From Bacteroidia bacterium (GTDB taxonomy: Bacteria; Bacteroidota; Bacteroidia; Bacteroidales; VadinHA17), in assembly GCA_026391555.1 (NCBI GenBank), contig JAPLEB010000057.1, positions 17,934-81,933 on the forward strand: a stretch of 64,000 nucleotides of DNA. Direction: 5' to 3'. Positions 1-9,661 of the stretch are shown here, in pieces; the stretch's first letter is position 1, and each line of letters starts with the position of its first letter. Under the pieces are notes generated by a model, which worked only from the letters and a program-made list of their open reading frames with translations, was not told the DNA's origin and did not search any database. The translations under genes and the position numbers were made by a program.

Positions 1-447
1 AGTTCCATAAAAAAATCACCTGACTCGCGTCGTCATATAGTAAGTGCCTGGAATGTAGGTGAATTGGACAAAATGGCTCTCCCTCCATGTCACATACTTT
101 TTCAGTTTTATGTTGCCGGAGGGAAATTATCATGTCAGCTTTACCAGAGAAGTGCAGATATTTTTCTGGGAGTACCTTTTAATATTGCATCCTACTCCCT
201 TCTTACACTTTTGGTTGCACAGGTAACAGGACTGAAACCCGGGGATTTTGTACATACACTGGGCGATGCACACATTTATCTTAACCATCTGGAACAGGTT
301 AATCTGCAGCTTAAAAGAAAGCCTTATCAGTTACCAAAAATGGTCATTAACCCGAATGTGACTGATATTCAGAAGTTCAGGTTTGATGATTTTACTTTGA
401 AAGATTATATTGCCCATCCTCATATTAAAGGCGATATTTCAGTATAA
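1..447 (+). CDS. thyA: Thymidylate synthase, C-terminal part (5' end lies upstream of the window)
   Basis: Frame 1 is open from base 1. The translation ..[48 protein letters not shown] matches the conserved ThyA core and C-terminus. Confidence 0.9.
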   Translation, partial: SSIKKSPDSRRHIVSAWNVGELDKMALPPCHILFQFYVAGGKLSCQLYQRSADIFLGVPFNIASYSLLTLLVAQVTGLKPGDFVHTLGDAHIYLNHLEQVNLQLKRKPYQLPKMVINPNVTDIQKFRFDDFTLKDYIAHPHIKGDISV

Positions 448-457
448 TATTTAAGGT

Positions 458-955
458 ATGATCTCAATTATTGTTGCTGTTTCCGAAGATATGGGAATTG
501 GGAAGGATAATGAGCTTTTATGGCACATTTCTGAAGATCTGAAGAGATTTAAAAAACTAACATTCGGAAATACTATTGTCATGGGGAAAAAAACCTGGGA
601 ATCATTACCTCGCAAACCGCTTCCCGGGCGCAAAAATATTGTTCTTACCGATATATCCGGTGAGTGCATAGATTATTCTATTACAGCATACTCAATTGAA
701 GATGCACTTAGCAAATGTGAAAAGGGAGAAGAAATATTTGTTATAGGAGGAGGGAGCGTGTACCGGCAGTTTCTGTCCATTGCAGACCGTCTATATATTA
801 CACATGTACATAGAAAAGCCCCGGCCGATGTCTTTTTCCCTGAGATTGACTCTGGCATATGGGAGGTTAATAAAAAGGAGGATTTTAATGCCGGTGGAAA
901 CGATAGTATTCCCTATACCTATATAATATACGAAAGAAGGGATAAAATCAGATAA
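458..955 (+). CDS. folA: Dihydrofolate reductase
   Basis: 165-aa ORF 10 nt after thyA. MISIIVAVSEDMGIGKDNELLW, GKKTWESLP and VIGGGSVY are DHFR hallmarks, and thyA-folA is a classic pairing. Confidence 0.9.
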   Translation: MISIIVAVSEDMGIGKDNELLWHISEDLKRFKKLTFGNTIVMGKKTWESLPRKPLPGRKNIVLTDISGECIDYSITAYSIEDALSKCEKGEEIFVIGGGSVYRQFLSIADRLYITHVHRKAPADVFFPEIDSGIWEVNKKEDFNAGGNDSIPYTYIIYERRDKIR

Positions 956-961
956 TTATTT

Positions 962-991
962 GAGGTTGCAACTGGCAGCCTCTCTTTTTTT
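962..991. terminator. Hairpin plus T-run between convergent folA and clpX (possible bidirectional terminator)
   Basis: gaggttgc (962-969) pairs with gcagcctc (975-982) with one G-U, followed by tcttttttt. An A-rich run precedes the stem on the other strand. Confidence 0.5.
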
Positions 992-2204
992 ATGATGCTT
1001 TCAGAACTTTCAGGTTTATTCTTTCAAGCTTGAGGGTTGCATAGTCGATTGATATTTCAAGCTCATTTGTGTCGATTGATGGCATCTCGAACATTGCATC
1101 AAGCATGATAGTCTCGCAAATCGATCTCAGTCCGCGCGCTCCGAGTTTGAATTCAATTGCCTTTTCAACAATATAGTCAAGAACGCCTTCAGCAAATGTA
1201 AGATCAATGTTGTCCATTTTAAACAGTTTGATATACTGTTTAACTAAAGCGTTTTTTGGTTCCGTAAGGATTGCTCTAAGTGCAGTTCTGTCAAGAGGAT
1301 TGAGATGAGTAAGTACCGGTAATCTGCCGATTATTTCAGGTATGAGCCCGTAAGATCTGAGATCCTGTGGGGCGATATATTGAAGCAGGTTATCTTTGTC
1401 AACTTTATCCCTGATTTTTGAAGCTCCGAATCCAACAATCTGAGTGTTAAGACGTTGTGCAATTTTCTTATCGATCCCCTCAAAAGCGCCTCCACAGATA
1501 AACAGGATATTTTTTGTATCGACAGGGATCATTTTCTGTTCAGGATGTTTACGTCCGCCCTGAGGTGGAACATTAACTATTGAGCCTTCTAACAATTTCA
1601 GAAGTCCTTGCTGTACACCCTCCCCTGATACATCGCGGGTAATGGAAGGATTGTCACCTTTCCTTGCAATTTTGTCGATCTCATCAATAAAAACGATACC
1701 TTTTTCAGCTGCTTTAACATCATAATCTGCATTTTGAAGCAGTCTGGTCAATAGACTTTCAATGTCTTCACCGACATATCCTGCTTCAGTAAGAACAGTG
1801 GCATCGACAATTGTGAAAGGGACATGTAGCATTTTTGCGACAGTTCTCGCGAGGAGTGTCTTTCCGGTACCTGTCTCACCAACAAGAATAATGTTGGATT
1901 TTTCTATCTCGATATCCTCAGCATCAGGCTTCTGCATCAGCCTTTTGTAGTGGTTATATACCGCTACTGATATTATCTTTTTTGCCATTTCCTGACCAAT
2001 AACATACTGGTCGAGGAAATTCTTGATTTCGGTTGGTTTAAGAAGATTGATATTATCAAATGAAACATTTTTTTTACTGCTAAGTTCTTCGTTCATTATG
2101 CTGTGAGCCTGCTCAATACAGTGGTCACAGATATGGCCCTCGATGCCGGCAATAAGCATGTTGGCCTCTTTCTTTGTTCTGCCGCAGAATGAACATTTAT
2201 CCAT
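990..2204 (-). CDS. clpX: ATP-dependent Clp protease ATP-binding subunit ClpX
   Basis: N-terminal zinc-binding CSFCGR..CDHC, Walker A GETGTGKT, and [10 protein letters not shown]. 404 aa, located downstream of clpP. Confidence 0.95.
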   Translation of the reverse strand: MDKCSFCGRTKKEANMLIAGIEGHICDHCIEQAHSIMNEELSSKKNVSFDNINLLKPTEIKNFLDQYVIGQEMAKKIISVAVYNHYKRLMQKPDAEDIEIEKSNIILVGETGTGKTLLARTVAKMLHVPFTIVDATVLTEAGYVGEDIESLLTRLLQNADYDVKAAEKGIVFIDEIDKIARKGDNPSITRDVSGEGVQQGLLKLLEGSIVNVPPQGGRKHPEQKMIPVDTKNILFICGGAFEGIDKKIAQRLNTQIVGFGASKIRDKVDKDNLLQYIAPQDLRSYGLIPEIIGRLPVLTHLNPLDRTALRAILTEPKNALVKQYIKLFKMDNIDLTFAEGVLDYIVEKAIEFKLGARGLRSICETIMLDAMFEMPSIDTNELEISIDYATLKLERINLKVLKAS

Positions 2205-2210
2205 TAGGCA

Positions 2211-2888
2211 CTATTTTTGTGTTTTCTGGAGAATCTCATCAATCATCCCGTAGTCTTTAGCCTCCTGGGATGTCATCCAATAATCCCTGTCAGAGTCTTT
2301 TTCAACTTTTTCAACTGTATTTCCGGAATGGAGTGCAATTATTTCGTAAAGTTCTTTCTTAAGTTTTACGATTTCACGTACTGTAATTTCCATATCAGAA
2401 GCATGTCCTTCTGCACCACCCATGGGCTGGTGGATCATTATCCTGGAATGTTTGAGAGCAGATCGTTTCCCCTTTTTGCCGGCGGTAAGGAGAATAGCGC
2501 CCATTGAAGCTGCCATCCCGGTACAGATTGTGGCAATATCGGCTGAGATATACTGCATTGTATCGTAAATCCCCAGCCCGGCATTTACTGATCCCCCCGG
2601 AGTATTGAAATATATCTGGATATCTTTTCCCGGATCAGATGAATCGAGATAAAGCAACTGGGCCTGGATAATATTCGCTACATAATCATCTATTGGCAAG
2701 CCCAGGAAAATAATCCTGTCCATCATCAGACGTGAAAAGACATCCATTGATGCCACGTTTAGTTGTCTCTCTTCAATAATTGTAGGTGATATATAGCTCC
2801 CATATATGGAAGTGTACCTTTGCAGAGTCAGACTGCTGATTCCACGGTTGCTTTTTGCATATTTCCCAAAATCGTCAAGAATACTCAT
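2211..2888 (-). CDS. clpP: ATP-dependent Clp protease proteolytic subunit ClpP
   Basis: IFLGLPIDDYVANIIQAQLLYLDS, active-site context GMAASMGA, and MIHQP. The ORF track starts at a TTG (2912); the ATG at 2888 (MSILDD..) is preferred. Confidence 0.9.
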   Translation of the reverse strand: MSILDDFGKYAKSNRGISSLTLQRYTSIYGSYISPTIIEERQLNVASMDVFSRLMMDRIIFLGLPIDDYVANIIQAQLLYLDSSDPGKDIQIYFNTPGGSVNAGLGIYDTMQYISADIATICTGMAASMGAILLTAGKKGKRSALKHSRIMIHQPMGGAEGHASDMEITVREIVKLKKELYEIIALHSGNTVEKVEKDSDRDYWMTSQEAKDYGMIDEILQKTQK

Positions 2889-2957
2889 ATTTTCAGGATT
2901 AAAAATTAACAAACAAAGATAATGAAATAAAAATGTATTATCGCAATGCGTTGATTA

Positions 2958-4307
2958 CTATTCAAAAAGCTTATTGAATTCCTCAATTGTGACACTCTTG
3001 TTTTCAAGTTTCACAAGTTCTTTCATAAGTATAAAAACCTTTTCTTCAATTATCTTATCCGCGATTCTCTTTCCATCATCCTCCCGTTTGAGGGTCTCTT
3101 TTGCATAATTGTTTATCTGTTCCTCGGTGGCATAGAATAGGCCATACTGCTGGAATTGATACCTGGTTATGTTTTCGGCTTCTTTTAGCAACTCTTCCTC
3201 ACTGATCTTCACTTCGTTGTTTCTTGCGACCTTGTTCCTTATGAGTTGCCATTTAAGGTCTTTTCTGAAGCTGTCGAATTCTTTTTCGATCTGCTCCCGG
3301 TTGGGTTTTTCATTAACCTTCAGAAGCCATTTTTTCAGAAACTCTTCAGGAAGCTGAAAATCGGTTTTTTCAATGGCGAGGTTTTTAATATCCGTCATCA
3401 GTTTAAAATCGCTTTCACGTTTTAAGTTGAGTGCGATCTCATCCTCGATCTTCTTCATGAATTCCTCTTCCGAATTCACAACTCCTTCACCATAGATCTT
3501 GTCGAAAAGGTCTTTCCCTAATTCAGCAGGATGGAAACGGCTTATTTCATTAATTGTAAACCTGTAGTTCCCTTCAAGTTCTGCAACTTCTTCCTTCTGC
3601 TTATGTAATATCCCGGCTATTTCAGTATCATTCGGGTACGCTTTTTTCAGGTCAAAATCTATAGTATCGTTTGGGTTCTTACCAATAAACTGTTTTTTAA
3701 TTTTTTTATCTTTAATGATGTCAATGCCAAGTGAGGTATCTTCTACGGAAGTACCTTCCGGTATCACATTGCCATTATTATCAATTGCTTCAATTTTTCC
3801 CTTAATAACATCCTTCTCTTCGGTGAGGTCAGCTTTTCTTAATTCACCGTAACGATGTGTGTAGTTATCAAGATAATCACTCTTCATCTTTTCATCGATG
3901 ATGATCTCATATTGGATGACTTTATTTTTTTTGGATAGTTTTAGGTCAATTACCGGGGCCAGTCCAAGCTCAAATGAGAAAGTAAATTCCTCCCGGGTAT
4001 CGAAATCAATTTTTTCCTGTTCATCTGCTATTGGAAGCGGATCACCAAGGATATCAATCTTTTCTTCAGAAAGGTATTTCTTAATATTTTCTGTTACTAC
4101 TTTGTTGATCTCGTCAATCTGGGCAGCTCTTCCGTACATTTTCTTTATAAGGCCTATTGGAACCATTCCGGGGCGAAATCCTTTGATATTTGCCTTTTTC
4201 CTGTAATCCTTCAAAACGTTTTCAACCTTATCTTCATAATCGGTTTTCTCGATCTTAACTCTTAAAACAGCATTCAGATCGTCGATGTTTTCTCTGGTGA
4301 TATTCAT
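2958..4307 (-). CDS. tig: Trigger factor
   Basis: 449-aa acidic protein with GFRPGMVP (ribosome-binding signature GFRxGxxP). Canonical tig-clpP-clpX order. Confidence 0.9.
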   Translation of the reverse strand: MNITRENIDDLNAVLRVKIEKTDYEDKVENVLKDYRKKANIKGFRPGMVPIGLIKKMYGRAAQIDEINKVVTENIKKYLSEEKIDILGDPLPIADEQEKIDFDTREEFTFSFELGLAPVIDLKLSKKNKVIQYEIIIDEKMKSDYLDNYTHRYGELRKADLTEEKDVIKGKIEAIDNNGNVIPEGTSVEDTSLGIDIIKDKKIKKQFIGKNPNDTIDFDLKKAYPNDTEIAGILHKQKEEVAELEGNYRFTINEISRFHPAELGKDLFDKIYGEGVVNSEEEFMKKIEDEIALNLKRESDFKLMTDIKNLAIEKTDFQLPEEFLKKWLLKVNEKPNREQIEKEFDSFRKDLKWQLIRNKVARNNEVKISEEELLKEAENITRYQFQQYGLFYATEEQINNYAKETLKREDDGKRIADKIIEEKVFILMKELVKLENKSVTIEEFNKLFE

Positions 4308-4336
4308 ATTAGTTCTTGTTTATTGCATAGTTAAAA

Positions 4337-4378
4337 AAACCGCCAAAACGCACTATTAAAGATCGTTACGGGCGGTTT
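4337..4378 (-). terminator. Hairpin downstream of tRNA-Leu (possible terminator)
   Basis: aaaccgcc (4337-4344) pairs with ggcggttt (4371-4378). On the minus strand the stem is followed by a T-run. The loop is long (26 nt), so the call is weak. Confidence 0.3.
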
Positions 4379-4388
4379 GTCTTTTTTG

Positions 4389-4471
4389 TGCGGATGAAGG
4401 GACTCGAACCCCCACGTCACGAAGACACAAGATCCTAAGTCTTGCTCGGCTACCAATTACGACACATCCGC
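4389..4471 (-). tRNA. tRNA-Leu (anticodon TAG), class II with long variable arm
   Basis: The reverse complement reads GCGGATG...CAAGA-CTTAGGA-TCTTG...GTC-TTCGT-GAC...GGGGG-TTCGAGT-CCCTT-CATCCGC-A. This gives a perfect 7-bp acceptor stem, anticodon loop CTTAGGA (TAG), a T-loop TTCGAGT and a long variable arm. CCA is not encoded. Confidence 0.8.
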
Positions 4472-4525
4472 GGTAAAATTCCCCGCAAAAGTATAATAAA
4501 TTATTATCAAAACAAATTGATTGTG

Positions 4526-5251
4526 TTACCTGCGCAGTTCAAAGTTCTTTCCAAGATAGACTTTTCTTACATGCTCATCTTCTGCCAGTTGCGCAGATGT
4601 GCCCGATTTAAGAATGCGCCCCTCGAAGAGAAGGTAGGCGCGATCGGTAATGGAAAGGGTCTCATGAACATTATGGTCGGTTATCAGTATCCCTATCTGT
4701 TTCTCTCTTAGTTTCGACACAATTTCCTGGATATCTTCTACAGCGATAGGATCAACGCCTGCGAAGGGTTCGTCAAGTAAAATGAATTTCGGTTTAAGGG
4801 CAAGAGCTCTTGCAATTTCGGTACGTCTTCTTTCCCCGCCGGAAAGCTGATTTCCTTTGCTTTGCCTTATTTTCTGCAGTCCAAATTCATTCAGAAGAGT
4901 CTCAAGTCTTTCTCTTTGTTCCTCTTTGAGGAAGTCCGACATCTCAAGTACTGCACGGATATTGTCTTCAACAGACATGTTCCTGAATACAGAAGCTTCC
5001 TGTGCAAGATATCCGATGCCTTTCCTTGCGCGTTTATAAACAGGAAGTGACGTTATTTCCTCATTTTCCAGAAAAATTTTGCCCTCTCTTGGTCTGATCA
5101 AACCAACGATCATGTAAAATGTTGTTGTTTTACCTGCACCGTTAGGACCAAGTAATCCAACAATCTCCCCTTGTTCAACCTCAACAGAAACATGGTCAAC
5201 AACTGTTCTGCTGCGGTACTTTTTTACAAGATTTTCGGTGTATAGTTTCAT
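4526..5251 (-). CDS. lptB: LPS export ABC transporter ATP-binding protein LptB
   Basis: 241 aa. Walker [10 protein letters not shown], signature LSGGERRR, Walker B ILLDEP, and an LptB-like N-terminus LxxxxLxKxYxxRxVV. Confidence 0.8.
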   Translation of the reverse strand: MKLYTENLVKKYRSRTVVDHVSVEVEQGEIVGLLGPNGAGKTTTFYMIVGLIRPREGKIFLENEEITSLPVYKRARKGIGYLAQEASVFRNMSVEDNIRAVLEMSDFLKEEQRERLETLLNEFGLQKIRQSKGNQLSGGERRRTEIARALALKPKFILLDEPFAGVDPIAVEDIQEIVSKLREKQIGILITDHNVHETLSITDRAYLLFEGRILKSGTSAQLAEDEHVRKVYLGKNFELRR

Positions 5252-5259
5252 TTAAAATA

Positions 5260-6090
5260 CTATGTAGTTGCAGTTTCAGTTTTTTCATCCTCATCAAAGA
5301 ATTCTTTGCGATCTTTTTCTTTTTGCTTCATTACCCTGGAAGATATAAAAATGCTGACTTCATAAAGGATTAGGAGGGGAATAGCGACAAGCGTCTGAGA
5401 AAAGACATCAGGAGGAGTGATTATTGCTGAAACAATAAAGATAACCACAATAGCATGTTTCCTGTATTTTCTCATGAAGGCAGGTGTGATCACGCCGATC
5501 TTGGTCAGGAAGAATGCTATTATCGGCAGTTCGAAAACTAATCCAGTGGCCAGGCATATTGATGTCAGGGTCCCAATATAGGACCTTATATTAATCTGGT
5601 TTACAACATCAGAACTAATTTCATATGTACTTAGAAAGTGTATTGAAAGTGGAGCCAGCATATAAAATCCGAAGAGAACCCCGGTAAAAAAGAGCATTGA
5701 AGCGGCAAAAACAGCTCCTTTTGCATACTTTGCCTCATTGGCCTTAAGCGCTGGTTTGAAGAATTGCCAAAATTCCCAGAGTATAACGGGAAAGGCAAGG
5801 ATCAGGCCGGCAACCATCGCTACAGCAAAATGAGTCGTAAGCTGTCCCGACATATTTATGTTAATAAGATTCAGGGGCTTTGAGTTAATACATAATGAGG
5901 TAGTTTTAAGCAGTTCACCAAGATGACACAGCATTCGGTTTGTAAAGAAAGCAGGATTTTTGGGAGCAAGAATAATATGATCGAAAATAAAACTTTTAAA
6001 AATAAATGCTACTATCATAAAGAATACAATAGCTAATACTGAACGGATAATGTGCCACCTTAATTCCTCGAGATGTTCAAGAAATGACAT
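5260..6090 (-). CDS. tatC: Twin-arginine translocase subunit TatC
   Basis: MSFLEHLEELRWHIIRS is the typical TatC N-terminus, followed by six predicted TM segments. The ORF track extends to 6138; the ATG at 6090 is preferred. Confidence 0.85.
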   Translation of the reverse strand: MSFLEHLEELRWHIIRSVLAIVFFMIVAFIFKSFIFDHIILAPKNPAFFTNRMLCHLGELLKTTSLCINSKPLNLININMSGQLTTHFAVAMVAGLILAFPVILWEFWQFFKPALKANEAKYAKGAVFAASMLFFTGVLFGFYMLAPLSIHFLSTYEISSDVVNQINIRSYIGTLTSICLATGLVFELPIIAFFLTKIGVITPAFMRKYRKHAIVVIFIVSAIITPPDVFSQTLVAIPLLILYEVSIFISSRVMKQKEKDRKEFFDEDEKTETATT

Positions 6091-6363
6091 TTCTTTTTCG
6101 CCCTTCTTCCCTTTTTTCCAAAACATTACCATGGACACCTGTTAAAATTGGTTTAAAACCAGCCTGTAAAGATGATAAATCTTCTTTTGCAAAACAATAT
6201 CAAATTCTATCCCTGAAAAAATTCTTTGATTAATATTTATAACATCATTTTTGTTAAAAATAAAATAAAATTAATATTTGATCAGGAAATTTATTAACTT
6301 TATATAAACTGTAAAATCAATTATCTTTTATGATTATTCGTTTTTACCTTTTGGGAAATAACT

Positions 6364-8544
6364 ATGTTGAATGATTCTACGATACACGATTACTTAAAAA
6401 AGTATTTTGGATTTGATACTTTTAAGGGCAATCAGGAGCATATAATAAGTAATGTTCTGGCTGGCAGAGATACTTTTGTGTTAATGCCGACCGGAGGCGG
6501 CAAATCGCTTTGCTACCAGTTACCTGCTGTTATGAAGAAGGGAATTGCGATAGTGATATCACCCCTAATAGCACTTATGAAAAACCAGGTTGATGCAATG
6601 AGGAACTTCAGCACTGATGATGATGTTGCGCACTTCCTTAACTCATCACTTACAAAGACGGAAATAACAAGAGTAAAAAAAGATGTATTATCGGGGAAGG
6701 CAAAACTTCTTTACGTTGCCCCCGAATCTCTTACAAAAGAGGAGAATGTAGAGTTTCTTAAAAATATTGAGATATCATTTTATGCCATCGATGAAGCTCA
6801 TTGCATCTCAGAGTGGGGCCACGACTTCAGGCCTGAATACAGACGTATACGACCAATAATAGATATAATTGGCAGGTCGCCTATTATAGCTCTTACTGCC
6901 ACAGCCACACCAAAAGTTCAACACGATATTCAGAAAAACCTGGGTATCCCGGATGCAGAAGTATTTAAATCGTCGTTTAACAGGCCAAACCTCTATTATG
7001 AGGTAAAGTCGAAACAGGATGTCACGAAGGAGATCATAAAGTACATTAAAAACAATTCCGGAAAGTCAGGTATAATTTATTGTCTGAGCCGGAAAAAGGT
7101 TGAAGAGATGGCCGAAGTACTTAAAGTTAATGGCATTAAGGCGCTTCCGTACCATGCCGGCATGGATTCCGCAACCCGTACAACGAACCAGGACAAGTTT
7201 CTTATGGAGGAGGCTGATATCATTGTAGCAACAATAGCTTTTGGGATGGGAATTGATAAGCCTGATGTGAGGTTTGTGATCCATTATGATATACCGAAAA
7301 GCCTTGAAGGGTATTACCAGGAAACCGGGCGGGCAGGCCGTGACGGGGGAGAAGGGAATTGTATTGCTTATTACAGCTATAATGATATTCTGAAACTCGA
7401 GAAATTCATGCATGGTAAACCGATTGCCGAACAGGAGATTGGAAAACAACTTCTTCTCGAAACCGTTTCTTACGCTGAATCCTCTGTTTGCAGAAGGAAA
7501 TTGTTACTCCACTATTTTGGTGAAGAATATCTCAAGGAAAACTGTGAAGCCTGCGATAACTGTCTCCATCCTAAAGCACAGTTTGAAGGTAACGAGTCTG
7601 TTGTAAGTGTTCTGGAGGCTATCCTTGCTGTAAAGGAAAAATTTAAGGCTGATCATATTGCAAATATCCTTTCGGGGAAGGTTACTTCGGCAATCAAATC
7701 ATATAAGCACCATAAACTTGAATTTTTCGGAATAGGGGAAGACCGCGATGATAAATTCTGGAATATGATTATCAGGCAGGCTCTTATCGCCAGGTTTCTT
7801 ACAAAGGATATAGAGAATTATGGTCTTTTGAAACTGACACAGAATGGTATGGAGTTTCTTGAAAATCCTACCTCTTTCATGGTTGCCGAAGATCACGACT
7901 ATGCAGATACATCTGATGAAGAGAATGCTTTTGGTGCAAGAACATCTGCAGTTGATGAGGAGTTGTTCAGCATCCTGAAGGATCTTCGGAAAAAAATATC
8001 AAAGCAAAAGGATGTTCCCCCGTTTGTAATCTTCCAGGATCCTTCCCTCGAAGACATGGCTATCCAATACCCGATAACCATTGACGAACTTCAGAATATT
8101 TCAGGCGTGGGCGCAGGAAAAGCTCAACGATACGGTGAGGAGTTTGTTGAGCTCATCAAGATTTATGTTGAGGAGAAGGAGATAATAAGGCCTCTCGATA
8201 TGGTAGTTAAATCGGTTGTCAATAAATCGGGGATAAAAGTTTATATTATCCAGAGTATTGATATTAAGAGGCCTCTTGAGGATATTGCTGATGCAAAAGG
8301 TTTGGAGATGGGAGAGCTGATATCGGAGATTGAGGCAATTGTTAATTCAGGAACCCGGATTAACCTGGATTATTATATCAACAATACGATTGATGAGGAA
8401 CGTCAGAATGATATATATTCATATTTCAGGGAAGAAGCTGAATCTGACTCACTTGAAGAGGCAATAAAGGAATTGGGAAATGAATTCGAAGAGGAGGAGA
8501 TCAGGTTGATAAGGATCAAGTTTCTGTCGGAAATGGGAAATTAA
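6364..8544 (+). CDS. recQ: ATP-dependent DNA helicase RecQ
   Basis: FGFDTFKGNQEHII, MPTGGGKSLCYQLPA, DEAHCISEWGHDFRPEY, a Zn-binding Cys cluster CRRKLLLHYFGE..CEACDNC, and an HRDC-like region. 726 aa. Confidence 0.92.
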   Translation: MLNDSTIHDYLKKYFGFDTFKGNQEHIISNVLAGRDTFVLMPTGGGKSLCYQLPAVMKKGIAIVISPLIALMKNQVDAMRNFSTDDDVAHFLNSSLTKTEITRVKKDVLSGKAKLLYVAPESLTKEENVEFLKNIEISFYAIDEAHCISEWGHDFRPEYRRIRPIIDIIGRSPIIALTATATPKVQHDIQKNLGIPDAEVFKSSFNRPNLYYEVKSKQDVTKEIIKYIKNNSGKSGIIYCLSRKKVEEMAEVLKVNGIKALPYHAGMDSATRTTNQDKFLMEEADIIVATIAFGMGIDKPDVRFVIHYDIPKSLEGYYQETGRAGRDGGEGNCIAYYSYNDILKLEKFMHGKPIAEQEIGKQLLLETVSYAESSVCRRKLLLHYFGEEYLKENCEACDNCLHPKAQFEGNESVVSVLEAILAVKEKFKADHIANILSGKVTSAIKSYKHHKLEFFGIGEDRDDKFWNMIIRQALIARFLTKDIENYGLLKLTQNGMEFLENPTSFMVAEDHDYADTSDEENAFGARTSAVDEELFSILKDLRKKISKQKDVPPFVIFQDPSLEDMAIQYPITIDELQNISGVGAGKAQRYGEEFVELIKIYVEEKEIIRPLDMVVKSVVNKSGIKVYIIQSIDIKRPLEDIADAKGLEMGELISEIEAIVNSGTRINLDYYINNTIDEERQNDIYSYFREEAESDSLEEAIKELGNEFEEEEIRLIRIKFLSEMGN

Positions 8545-9632
8545 TATTCCGGCTTTTTAAGGGATATTAATGAATAGAAAACCACACTTAGAACGTAAAA
8601 AGGATAAACAATCTGTGCCGGTAAAAACCAGGTAATAAGTTCTCTTTTCCCATATCTCCCCGAAGTATTCAGAAGGATCAAAAAATCGGGAATCGATTTC
8701 AGGAGGAAAATGGTTATGAACACCGCGATAAATGTAAGATTAATGAACCCTGCAGCCAGAACAGCTACCTGCAGCATGATTGTAATAAATGTTACAATTC
8801 CCAGCATGATTGAAAACCGATCGTTGTAGGCGCTGGCTTTTGAAATCCACCTGCTTCTCTGTTTAAAGAACGACTTTGTGTTTGGAGAAGCCGGTGTTAT
8901 TACCATCACATCTTCCGATTCGAGCCAAAGGATAACCGATCCTGGATTTTTTTTCAGGCTGTGCAAGAGAAAGATATCATCACCTGAAGCAATTTCGTCA
9001 TGGAGATTATCAGAATTGGCAAGGTAGACTTCCCTGGTAAAGGCTAGATTGGCTCCGTTGCATATTGCAGGATTCCCGGCATGTGCCGACCCCGCTGTTA
9101 CTCCCTGTAAACTAAGAAACTCCAGCTCCTGAAACCTTCCGAAAAATCCTCCTCCCGATTCAATCTTCACAGGGCAAATAATCATATCTGGCCCTTTCTC
9201 TTCGTAAAATGCTGCTATTGTTCTTATCCAGTTACTCCCCATAAGGCAATCGGCATCGGTTGTAATTATAAGGCTGCCGGATGATGCGTTTATTCCTGTT
9301 CTAATTGCTTGTTTCTTCCCTTTACCTTTATTATGTATAGCAAAAATATTCCCTGACTCTGCAAATCCTGATGGTATTTCGAAGGTGCTGTCTGTAGAAT
9401 TATCATCAACAATAATTACTTCTAATATATTTTTGGGATATTCCTGATCTGAAATACATTTAAGAAGATGAGGGAGATTTTTCTCCTCGTTCCGGCATGC
9501 AACAATAACCGACACAAATGTTACCGGATCAGTTGAAGAACCGAAAGGTTTAATTATCAGCACCCCCCTGTAAATACAGAGAAGCAACAATAGATAAGGA
9601 AAAATCAGTATAACAGGAAGCCAAAGCATCAC
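8541..9632 (-). CDS. Membrane-bound family 2 glycosyltransferase (processive-type QxxRW motif)
   Basis: VSVIVACRNEE, VDDNSTD, TDADC and QRSRW motifs, with an N-terminal and several C-terminal TM helices. Confidence 0.75.
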   Translation of the reverse strand: MMLWLPVILIFPYLLLLLCIYRGVLIIKPFGSSTDPVTFVSVIVACRNEEKNLPHLLKCISDQEYPKNILEVIIVDDNSTDSTFEIPSGFAESGNIFAIHNKGKGKKQAIRTGINASSGSLIITTDADCLMGSNWIRTIAAFYEEKGPDMIICPVKIESGGGFFGRFQELEFLSLQGVTAGSAHAGNPAICNGANLAFTREVYLANSDNLHDEIASGDDIFLLHSLKKNPGSVILWLESEDVMVITPASPNTKSFFKQRSRWISKASAYNDRFSIMLGIVTFITIMLQVAVLAAGFINLTFIAVFITIFLLKSIPDFLILLNTSGRYGKRELITWFLPAQIVYPFYVLSVVFYSLISLKKPEY

Positions 9633-9661
9633 TTATATATTTTGCCTTTTACCTTTATCCT

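Noticed and set aside
4442-4711. 89-aa plus-strand ORF overlapping tRNA-Leu and the 3' end of lptB.
   Set aside because: It overlaps a well-supported tRNA and a conserved ABC ATPase gene on the other strand, and it has no motifs.
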